Assembly: GCA_951406725.2 (NCBI GenBank)
Contig: OX597820.1
Span: 105,648,001 to 105,712,000 of the forward strand
Length of the DNA: 64,000 nt
Direction of reading: 5' to 3'
Origin: Octopus vulgaris
Lineage: Eukaryota
Position numbers and translations under genes: made by a program. Shown here one piece after another: positions 54,160 through 64,000 of this stretch. The notes under the pieces are model-generated. The model was not told the DNA's origin. It worked only from the letters and a program-made list of their open reading frames with translations, and searched no databases. How positions within the stretch are numbered: the stretch's first letter is position 1; each line of letters opens with the position of its first letter.

Positions 54160-55447
54160 TTGTTTTTGATTTCGTTTTTCAAAAAATTAAATTGAATTAA
54201 ATTTTGCAGTTTATATTTGTCTAATTAATTATGTTCGCTTAAGTTTGACCTTGGTTATTTTTTCATTTATCCTTCAGAATAATATATGATGTATATGAAT
54301 ATGTGTGTTTGTGTATGCACATATGTGTGTGATAAGGGTATATATATAAGTATATGTATATATTATATTTGTGCGTATGTATATTTTGAGACAGCTATAA
54401 TCTACTACTTTCCTGGAACTTTATACTTCAATCATATTCATTTATATTTTGTAAGGCACCAGTGTATAGTATTATATATGCAAAGACCTACAATCACAGG
54501 AAATGGCAGTGGAGAAAACAATAGCAACAACTGATCAAAGAAAAACCAAAAATATGACCCAATTTCAAAAGCTTTTTCTTTTCTTTTGTTTTTTTCACTT
54601 GTCAGAGAAATCTCAGCCGAAATGGTCACAGTGGTGGCGTGGCTGTTGTGATATTTGACAGTGGGGGACAAGAGCCGAGATTTGACACGATAGTGAATAA
54701 ACAGCAGCTGATTTGATATTGCTTGTTTAAATAAATAACATCACCTGCAGGCGACAGTTTTCGACAGGAGAGACTGTGCCCTTTGTTTCAAAGGAAAACA
54801 AGAATTTTTTTTGTCTCTTCCTACTGTCTCCTAGCTATCTTGTTGTCAATCAACTTAGGATCTTTAAATCTTTCATCATCATCATCATCATCATCGACAT
54901 CATCATTGTTATCAATCTCTTCATTGTCATCACCATCATTATTATGCATGTGTGTGCACAGTTATAGGTGTGCAAATTACACTTAAATGTGCACATACAG
55001 GCAAGGACAAGTGCATGCGTATGTATATGTATGTATGCAGTATATTGGCCAGTCTTTTTCCTTCATGGCACATCAACTTTGGAGAATTCTTAATTCTTCT
55101 GATGACCTCTCCTTATATGCAGCCGTCTCAATTGTCATTTGGTAACTGTGATACATCCTCACGAGGTGAAGATAATTTAAATAAACCAACAAACATAGTA
55201 TGGTATTTGATACACCTGTATTTGTCTATGTTGTTCATATACATGCTACTAGTAACTGGGTTATTTCTCTGGATATTTAAGGTTCCTTTATTGACTTCTA
55301 AAAAGGTGTGATCCCATCTCTTCTGTGTACACTTGTTTATCAGGGCTATTTTTTTTATTCCCATAAAAGTTCTGAATAACCATCCACTGCCTTCATAATT
55401 TGTCCTTGTGATATCTCCTCACATATTGTCTTTGAAAAAAATGAAGA

Positions 55448-55502
<55 letters not shown>

Positions 55503-55504
<2 letters not shown>

Positions 55505-55881
55505 CCTTTCTGCTAAAGGCACAAGACCTGAAATTTTGGAGGAGAAGACTAGTCAATCATATTGACCCCAGTGTTTCACTGGTACTTAATTTATCGACCT
55601 TGAAAGGATGAAAGGCAAAGTTGACCTCATCAGAATTTGAACTCAGAATGAAGCAACAGGTGAAATACTGCTAAGCATTTCGCCCACTCTGCTAATGATT
55701 CTGCCAGTTCATAATATTCTTTTCTAATATAGGCACAAATTTATCTTAGGATTCTTGCAGAATACAGGGCACCACTTTCCTGAAAGTCAACAATGCGTGT
55801 TTCAATTATACTATCCTTCAGTCTCTTAGGTTGCAGTTTGCATTTTGCACCAAGTGCACCTATTACCAAAGATTGTTATTG

Positions 55882-55934
<53 letters not shown>

Positions 55935-56095
55935 TGTCATCTTTACATTCTGTATGCAGATTCTGCTGAAGTCAACTTTGCCTTTCATCCTTTCGGGGTC
56001 GATAAAATAAGTACCAGTGAAGCAACAGGGTTGATATAATTAATTAGTCCCCTCCCTGAAAATTTCAGGAGCTGTGCCTATAGTAGAAAAAATTA
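55503..56095. mobile_element. Inverted pair of diverged family A SINEs next to (TAA)n arrays
   Basis: Minus copy 55503-55712 and plus partial copy 55935-56095. Confidence 0.7.
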
Positions 56096-56111
56096 TCATT
56101 ATTATTACTAT

Positions 56112-56625
56112 TGAGTGAGAGAGCAGTGCATGCCATCAAAGTGACACTGGGGTACAAGTATATGAAACCCAGGATACCCATCAGGATTAACCGTCTGATA
56201 AGGGTACACTGGGCACATGTATCACAACCATGTGTGCACGACATGGTGATCTCATATCAAGATAAATAGCATGACCTTGCAGGTGGCCCATCCTGCCCAA
56301 AAGGTCCTTGAATAAGGGTTGTTAAACAAAACACCAATGTTTCCTGAGGAGAATTATTCAAACTCCAAAGAATTCCTCTCAAAACATGGCTATGATGCTC
56401 CCCCACAACTTCTACTCATGATCAGAGATGCACATATCACCAGCCACCAAGGGAGACACTCACCTGGTTAAGGTCAAACAACTGACAAGCAAATCTGTGG
56501 TAGTGAGCAGAATATTTGCCGTAGCCCATCTTTTATACCAAGACAAAACAATGTACATGATAACACTTCCAATCAGTTAAGATCAGAAGCTATGAGAGCC
56601 ACTGTCTGGTACTGCATCAGGGTAT
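56112..56625. mobile_element. Family D non-coding element in (TTA)n
   Basis: Same two ends as 23238-23795 (AGTGAGAGAGCAG...CTGCATCAGGG). Confidence 0.8.
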
Positions 56626-56649
56626 TTATTATTATTATTATTATTATCA

Positions 56650-57120
56650 TTACCTTTGCACAGCTTCTAAAGCTGGAGATGTTCCATGTACTTCTTGAGA
56701 TTTTTACTCAGTTCTCATGACTCCGACAATTATTGGTACCACTACCACCTTTTTCATTGAACACAACTGCTAAACCTCCCAAGCTAACCTGTCATACCTA
56801 TCAACTTTTCTTTCTTCCTTATTGCATACCTTGTTGTCAGCTGGGCATGCTATATCTATGATCCAGCATAGTTTACTTTCTTTTTCAATTAAGACTATGT
56901 CTGTCTTCCTATTTTCTATCTCATGGTTGCACTGAATCATAAAATCCCACAGGATATTTGCATTATCATTTTCGGTGATGCCTTTGGGTTTGTGGTCGTA
57001 CCAATTTTCTTCTCTGTCAAGACCATATTTGTTGCAAAGCGTCCAATAGACAAGCCTTACTATATTGTCGTGGCGTCTCTTATTTTCCTTCTGGGCTAGT
57101 GGTGTACATTGGCTGGTAAT
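56650..57120 (-). mobile_element. R4/Dong-like LINE 3' fragment, family 1
   Basis: QCTPLAQKENKRRHDN...ILWDF...NRKTDIVLI...IIDIACP (RLE domain). (TTA)n flanks. Confidence 0.85.
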
Positions 57121-57144
57121 ATTATTATTATTATTATTATTATT

Positions 57145-57637
57145 TTATGTTTGACTTTTTGCTTTACATTTGTACAAGTTTGCTCCAAGTCTCATCCAGA
57201 GACCTCAAGAGACAAGTTGGAAGTTCATGTTGGTGTTATGCCTGCCATATATTTGGTTTTGTTCATAGTATTGTTCTAGAGAATGTTTAAGAAACCATAA
57301 GAAAATTATGAGTTAGTTTTAAAATTTGAGATTACATAGACAGCATTTTACACAGGATATGGGCAGTTCTCATGAGCACTATCTTTTGAATTTCTTCCAT
57401 TTTGGGGTTTCCTGGTGTCTGAGCTATGTAGCAATCAACCCCTTTTGCTATCATTCCTAGGGCACCTATGACAACAGGTATTGTTTTAGTCTTCAGCTTC
57501 CACATTTTGCTGATTTCTATTGCAAGATCTTTATATTTGCTCAGTTTTTGGTAGGTCTTGACAGATACGTTTATATCGATTGGGACAGTCATATCAATGA
57601 GGAGGCATGATTTTTGTCTTTCAATATAATGTCTTTA
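57145..57637 (-). mobile_element. R4/Dong-like LINE 3' fragment, family 2
   Basis: DIILKD...DMTVPID...KLSKYKDL...IPVVIGALG plus 3' UTR. (TTA)n flanks. Confidence 0.85.
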
Positions 57638-58394
57638 TTATTATTATTATTGTTGTTGTTGTTGTTGTTGTTGTTGTTATTGTTGTTGTTATTATTATTA
57701 TCTTTATTATTATTATTGTTATTATTATTATTATTATTGATGGAGATGTGAGTGCTCTCTTCCAATAAATTTGTCAAAAAGTGGGGGAGAATGTGGTAAA
57801 AAGTGTTAGTGCGAATTGGACTATTCTAAGTATGTGCCTGTATATTGACGAACAGCATTTAGGTGAGGGCTTGTGCCCTTGGGAGTCAGGTTGACTCTAG
57901 ATTTGTGGAGTTCCTCGATTGGCCCTGTTTAGAGGCTTTCCCATTTCAAGAAGGCTGCATATCCACTTATTTTATATATAATGAAAACCATTTTGCTCTC
58001 ATTTTTAACCCCCACTCCATGCAACTTATAACCTGCCCTTATAATAATGGTCCCCTCATCTGATGTCCCTGTGGTAAAAAGGAATCATCATCATCATCAT
58101 CATCATCAATATTATCATTGTTATGATAATAATTGTTGCAGTTGTAATAATGAAGCAGCCTTGTGCACATGTGCACATACATAATATAGAACCAAATCTC
58201 TTGGAGATTCTCAAGGTAATTTCAACATTATTTTGACCCCCGTTTCACCCATGAAACAAAATAAAACAAACCGCCCCTCCACAAACACACTCACACACAC
58301 ATTAAAGCAAATAAACAAATAAAAGTCAAGCAAAATAATGCAAACAAAAGTTAAACAAACATCTCTCTCTTCCTTTACTCAACCATCCCATTTA

Positions 58395-58555
58395 CCGTAT
58401 TTTAACATGTATAAGGAACCCTCTTTTGTCAAAAATTAGGTTATAAAAATATTGGAGTTTCTTATACATGGATAGTATTATAATTCTTTACAAAAACTTT
58501 TTTCTAAATTTTAAGCCCCCAAAATTAGGGGTTCCTTATACATGTTAAAATATGG
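58395..58555. mobile_element. Tigger/pogo-like MITE
   Basis: TA|CCGTATTTTAACATGTATAAGGAACCC...GGGTTCCTTATACATGTTAAAATATGG|TA. Confidence 0.85.
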
Positions 58556-58622
58556 TATATTTTGGTCCCCAGCCATTGTGAGTATGCCCAGTATTTTACC
58601 ACCATCTCTCTCCTGCTGTCTC

Positions 58623-58658
<36 letters not shown>

Positions 58659-59698
58659 GCCAGGTAACCTTGTACTTCCTCTACAGCAAGACACCTGTTT
58701 CTGTCTCTCTGTTTCACTATAACCTTTCATCATCCAACACAAGGTCACCTCCTCTAATGTCCCCTTCCCTCTTGAAAATCTTTTTTTTTTTCGTCTTGCA
58801 AATACTTGGTGACCCTGTCAGTGCAGGTGGCACTTAAAAGCATCCAGTTCACACTGTAAAGTGGTTGGTGTTAGGAAGGGCACCCAGCTGTAAAAATCCT
58901 GCCAAAACAGTCACAGAAGTCTAATGCAGGCTTCTGCCATGCCAGCTCTTGTGGAACCGTTCCACCTATGCCAGCATGGAAGGCGGACGTTAAACAATGA
59001 TGATGATGATGATGATATATGAAATGCATCATCATCATCATTGTTTAACATTTAGACAAGGAGAGTTAAATTACATTGTGGAGAAGCGAAAATGCCACCT
59101 GTCTATAACTTATCAATCAAAACAGACAGGATGATGTTACAATTTAAAGGTCAAATGGTTGTATGAATTTCAGTGAAGTCAATTTTATATCCTCAATGAT
59201 AATGCAGCTTATACTTCCCTTCTTTTCTTTCGTTCTTACTTTCTTACTCTCTCTTTTCCTTTCTCTCTCTTCCTTTCTTTCTTTCTTTATTTCTTTCTCT
59301 CTCTCCCTATCCCTTCCTTTCTGTTTCTCTCTGGCTATCCTTCAGTATTGGTCTCTAGAGGGTCAGTATGAGGAGACAACACCATTAACTCTTCTAACTT
59401 CTTTATCTATGTCATAATGGAAGGTTGTGTGGGTGAATGATATCATCTACCAATACCAAAGGATTGCCTTTTCTTTCTCTCTCTATCTCTATCTTCCCTC
59501 GCTCACCTTTCTGTCATAGTCTTTCCACCTCTCTCTCTCTCTCGCTTTCTCCTTTTCTCTCTCGATATCGTACAATTGTACATGTGTATGCATGCGTGCA
59601 CACACACACACACACATGCACATACATGATTGAGCACACAAACACAGACAAACAAAGAAGCCACTATATAAGATATCATTTATTATTTTGCTCAATAC

Positions 59699-61568
59699 TG
59701 TCAAGTTTTGTAATTTTCTTATTTCATAAGCACAAGTATAGGAACAAAGATCAAATAGCCGTAAACTGTGAATTTCTATCTCGCTGTAGCAGAAGCACAA
59801 CCAACAGCAGAATGTATGAGAAGGGGTAACAACATCAACCGCGATCCTGTGGCAATAGAATCAATTGTGTGTCCCTGTTTATTTTAATTGCAATATATAG
59901 AAAAAATATGGACAAGTTCATATAAAACTCATGCAGTTTTTAATTATTTAAACAAATTTACAGCATTTGTTATATATTGATTAGGAGTTCAATACATGAC
60001 ACTCACCACCTCAATAAAAAAGTTGATTCGGTGGATTTCTTTTTCAAGTAGATCACCAGTTTACTCCAATCATCATCTTGTTAACTCCATGCATTTGAGG
60101 TTCAGGTTTCTCTACCTTGAGACTGCAGTTGTCATTGCCTGACCTTGAGTCAATTCCTACCCAGGTGGATTGACAACGGTCCGTTGAAGGAAGCAATTGG
60201 TTGAAACTGGCTATCCAGCTTTTGTTCTCATTTACAACAATTGCAGTATTTGCACCTTTCTGTGCCAGATATATGCTTTCTTCATGCATTTGTTGTGGTA
60301 CCATATGTTAGTAAATGGTATGAATTGTTGATTGCAGTTGGTACATAATGGTCTTCCAAATAACCTTTCTCCAGGAGAAGCAGCATTCCTGCCTGATGAA
60401 GATCGGTGATTTAATAGAATTTGCTGTAAATAGGGCTACCAATCATCAATGATAGGATTCCATGCAGATAAGGTATGTTTGATGGTTTCTGACTATTTTC
60501 ATACTGTGATTTTGAAAGTCTGAAAATGTCTAAAACATCAGTGTGTGAAAAACTCATACTGTCTCAGTTGGTTGTCAGTCTAAGAAGCAGCAAGGAAAGA
60601 GAAAGTTCTTCAAGCTAATGAAGATAAAGAACTCAGTTTAGAAGCTACAGTACAATTTTTGCTATGTTCTTCACAAATATCTGAATTTTACAATGACAAT
60701 TCAAAAGAAATCATTGCCTATTCCAAAATGACTGCTCAAGGTAAAAGAAAAAATTATCTTCATTAGCTTGAAGAACTTTCTCTTTCCTTGCTGCTTCTTA
60801 GACTGACAACCAACTGAGATAGTATGAGTTTTTCACACACTGATGTTTTAGACATTTTCAGACTTTCAAAATCACAGTATAAACTGGCATGTTGCAGATT
60901 TGAAAGAAATTGAGAAATTGACTCATTGGGTTGTTGAATGGTGAAGAATTTTGTTCTTTCGGCAAATATCAGTTTCTTTGAAGGGGCAACATGATTTAGA
61001 ATTGAATTTTTTAGGTCATCTTAAGTCATTTTCATAATATTCTTCAGGATATCAATATCTCGGATAATTTTTAATGCTTCTATTCTTACCAAAGAAATGA
61101 ATTTCATAGCCTTAGGACTTTGGTCATTATCTTGTAGGTTATCCTTTAATTCATCCACATAAGCTTTTGCTTTGACTGTCACAAGCCGGGTTGTGATGTC
61201 TTCAGTCGACTGTAAGTTTACGTCAGCAAGAGATTTTCCTTGTTCTGTCAGCAACGCCATTGCCAAGTTTTGTAATTTGCTTATTTCATAAGCACAGGTA
61301 TGGGAACAAGGTTCAAATAGCTGTAAACTGCGAATTTCTATCTCACTGTAGTAGAAGCACAACCAATAGCAGAATGCATGAGAAGGGGTAACAACATGAA
61401 CCGCAATCCTGTAGCAATAGAATCAATTGTGTGTCCCTGTTTATTTTGATTGCAATATATATATATATAAATAAAAACAGACACATTCACATGATACTCA
61501 TGCATGCCATGTGACTGTTGGATTTTAATTATTTAAACAAATGTACAGCAGGAGTCCAATACACAACA
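59699..61568 (-). mobile_element. Internally deleted Gypsy-type LTR element with both LTRs and TSD
   Basis: LTRs 59699-60001 and 61261-61568 (TG...CA). TSD AATAC at 59694-59698 and 61569-61573. PBS-like TGGCG and PPT-like GAGGTGGTGAG. gag motif FAERTKFFTIQQPNESISQFL...YCDF and integrase-tail SPGERLFGR. Confidence 0.9.
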
Positions 61569-62018
61569 AATACTATAGATTTGCTTGTCAGTTGGTTGAC
61601 CTTAACCACTTGAGCATGTCATTTAGTGGTTGACAATATGTGCATCTCTGATCATAAGCCGGAGTAATGGGGAGCATCATAGGCATGTGTTGAGACGGAT
61701 TCTTTGGGGTTTGAATAAATGTAAAAGCAAAGTTTAAAGGAAACATTAGCCACTTTTCATACTTTCTAGGGGTAAGCAAATAGGAAAAAATACTTTGGGT
61801 AACGCAAGTGAAGAATTAAGCAAAATATCGGAAAACAAAGACATTGATACTGTGTCAATTAATATAAGTCGTTTAATGATCCAAGTATATTTCAGGAAAG
61901 TTTTCTCTTTTCAAATAAAGGAAAGAAAGAACATACATGCATGTAGGCATATATGCATACATAAATACATACATACATGCATACATAAATATGTACATAC
62001 ACACATAGATAGATAGAT

Positions 62019-62050
<32 letters not shown>

Positions 62051-62051
62051 T

Positions 62052-62116
<65 letters not shown>

Positions 62117-62124
62117 GCATACAC

Positions 62125-63010
62125 ATTAGGTTAGAGGGAAAGACATGTTACATTTTAAGATGGATAAGGAACAAATGTGTCTTTGGCCTTAATTGATATA
62201 TTTAATCAAGATAACATGTCGCCTCATTATTGAAAACATAAGCTCATCTATTTGTCAAATTGTTGATCCCTTGGGTGTGAAATTTTTCTGGCTTTGAAGC
62301 AAAGGAGCACTTCATATCATTTTTAACCTTTTCACAACTAATGAACTGTTTTTTTTCTAATTAATCCCGCAATGATCTGAAAAGATGATAGTCAAATTGA
62401 ACAAGGTCAAGAGGCAAAACTTGCATATTTAGTGCTATAATCTTGTTTTGAGTTACTTGGGCAATATGTTGTCTTGCATTATCGCATAAGAGCAATAAAC
62501 TTTTATGATTAACTAATGATGGGCACTTTTCCAGCAAATTTCTATGCAGTACTTCCATTTGACTACAATCCTTCTCGCATTAGCTGTTTTATTTTAGTTA
62601 AACACTTCATGATAGATGACACCATTCATATCCCACCAAACACTGAACATAACTGTTTCAGAGCAGTACTGGTTTGTGGATGGATTCTTGTTTTCATTGG
62701 ATGCTACTCATTGTTGTTTTCATTGGATATGGTTATAGAGGACCCACTTTTCATCACTATTCAGGAAAAGTTCAATAGCAAGTCTGCTCTTGAATGACAA
62801 ACAGAGGGCAACACTTTGATTAAACTGTCAGCCAGTAAGATGATGAGGGATCCACCGATCAGGTTTAGCTGTTCTTCTTAGTTCACAAGCATGTTTTATG
62901 ATTGAAGTGTGACTTCGATTGAACTGTTTAGCTAATTCTCATGCAATATGCTTGAGCTTTTCCTCAACTACAATTTTCAGAAGTTCGATATGGGTAGAAT
63001 TTGGGTAACC
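62125..63010 (-). mobile_element. Decayed mariner
   Basis: DNARQH and DYHLFRSL motifs. Confidence 0.75.
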
Positions 63011-63464
63011 AGATTGAGGGAAATTTACAAGAGAGAAAAAAAATATATGTGGTGATTAGTTTGAAGCAAATTAGCATTCAACAATTCACATTTTTAAAAT
63101 TTGCAATGCTCAACTTATACTAAATTTTAGTAATTATTTGTTTGCTCTTTGAGATTTCTATTAGCAGAAAGTTTGTATCATATAAACTAAGGATGCTCTC
63201 AGCCGGCTTTAGTATCAAAAGGGTTAAAGTGAAGCTTGAAAGATTAGAAGAATTTCTTTTCCTGAGATCAAGCCCAATAATTGATTATCTCACTCCACAT
63301 CATCCTACACTAGATTTTCAAATAAAGTTGTTTCATTCATTCTTACCCAGTTGAAACTGAGATATCATATTTGCTCTTTTCATAAATTTTCTTCTTTTCT
63401 GTTTATGTACATAAATTTTTTTTAAAAGGATGGGGGCATCGAAATAAGGTAAAAAATGACAGAC

Positions 63465-63990
63465 ACAGGCAAAGCTATATGGTTATGAAACTTGTCTTGC
63501 AGCTACAAGGTTTTGCATTTTGGCCCATTGCAAAGTAACTTGAGCAAGGTCTTCTACTGTAAAATTGGGCTGACAAATGCTTTGTGAATGGATTTGGAAG
63601 ATTGAAACTGTATGGAAGCTTTCAGTTCTATATTTAAGAGATGAGTAATTATGCACATTATTTACAATTGATGGATATTTGTCCTCATCTTGTTTGTTGT
63701 TAACACAACGTTACAGCCCATGGCATAGTGGTTAAGAGTGCGGCTACTAACCCCAAGATTCCGAGTTCAATTCCAGGCAGTGACCTGAATAATAATAATA
63801 ATGATAATAATAATAATAATAACAACAACAACATCGAAAAATACCTGTATGGAAGCCTGTCGTATATAGGAGTGTGTGTGTGTCTGTGTTTGTAGCCCCT
63901 ACAGTTATACAACCTCTTTTGGTTTGTTTACGTCCTGATGGCATTGCAGTTTAACAAAGGAGATCAATAGAATATGGAACAGACTTTATA
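63465..63990 (+). mobile_element. Old family B SINE with nested fragments, including another tRNA-head SINE at 63717-63845
   Basis: Family B body split at ~63620/63845. Nested TGGCATAGTGG...GAGTTCAATTCC head. Confidence 0.6.
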
Positions 63991-64000
63991 AAAACGTAAA

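Noticed and set aside
63717-63790. tRNA-like A/B boxes (also at the other SINE heads)
   Set aside because: No complete cloverleaf, and they continue into SINE bodies, so they are not tRNA genes.

Overview
AT-rich, microsatellite-dense animal genomic DNA. The SINE, RTE and Penelope repertoire looks like an octopus (cephalopod) genome, which is an inference from recalled repeat sequences. Most listed ORFs are microsatellite artefacts or decayed transposon pieces. Mobile elements present: several tRNA-derived SINE families, two RTE LINE families, R4/Dong-type RLE fragments, Penelope fragments with minimal hammerhead-ribozyme motifs, two Gypsy-type LTR remnants, a Tx1/L1-like remnant, Chapaev3, mariner/Tc1/maT, hAT, Tigger-like MITEs and Helitrons. 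One probable host gene lies on the minus strand: a signal-peptide exon (54054-54159), a 913-bp Ser/Thr-rich mucin-stalk plus transmembrane exon (18064-18976) and a short tail exon (17207-17237). Its middle exons are unresolved, and a decayed duplicate of the TM exon lies upstream. The most notable observations are: (i) retroelement families that each sit in a different microsatellite motif (RTE in TACA, R4/Dong and a non-coding ~0.5-kb unit in TAA, Penelope/hammerhead fragments in TA); (ii) a 106-bp hammerhead-containing inverted repeat whose mismatches are almost all G.U on one strand; (iii) a mini-Gypsy with TSD carrying a near-perfect 127-bp fold-back of gag; (iv) a PHD finger inserted inside an RTE reverse transcriptase.
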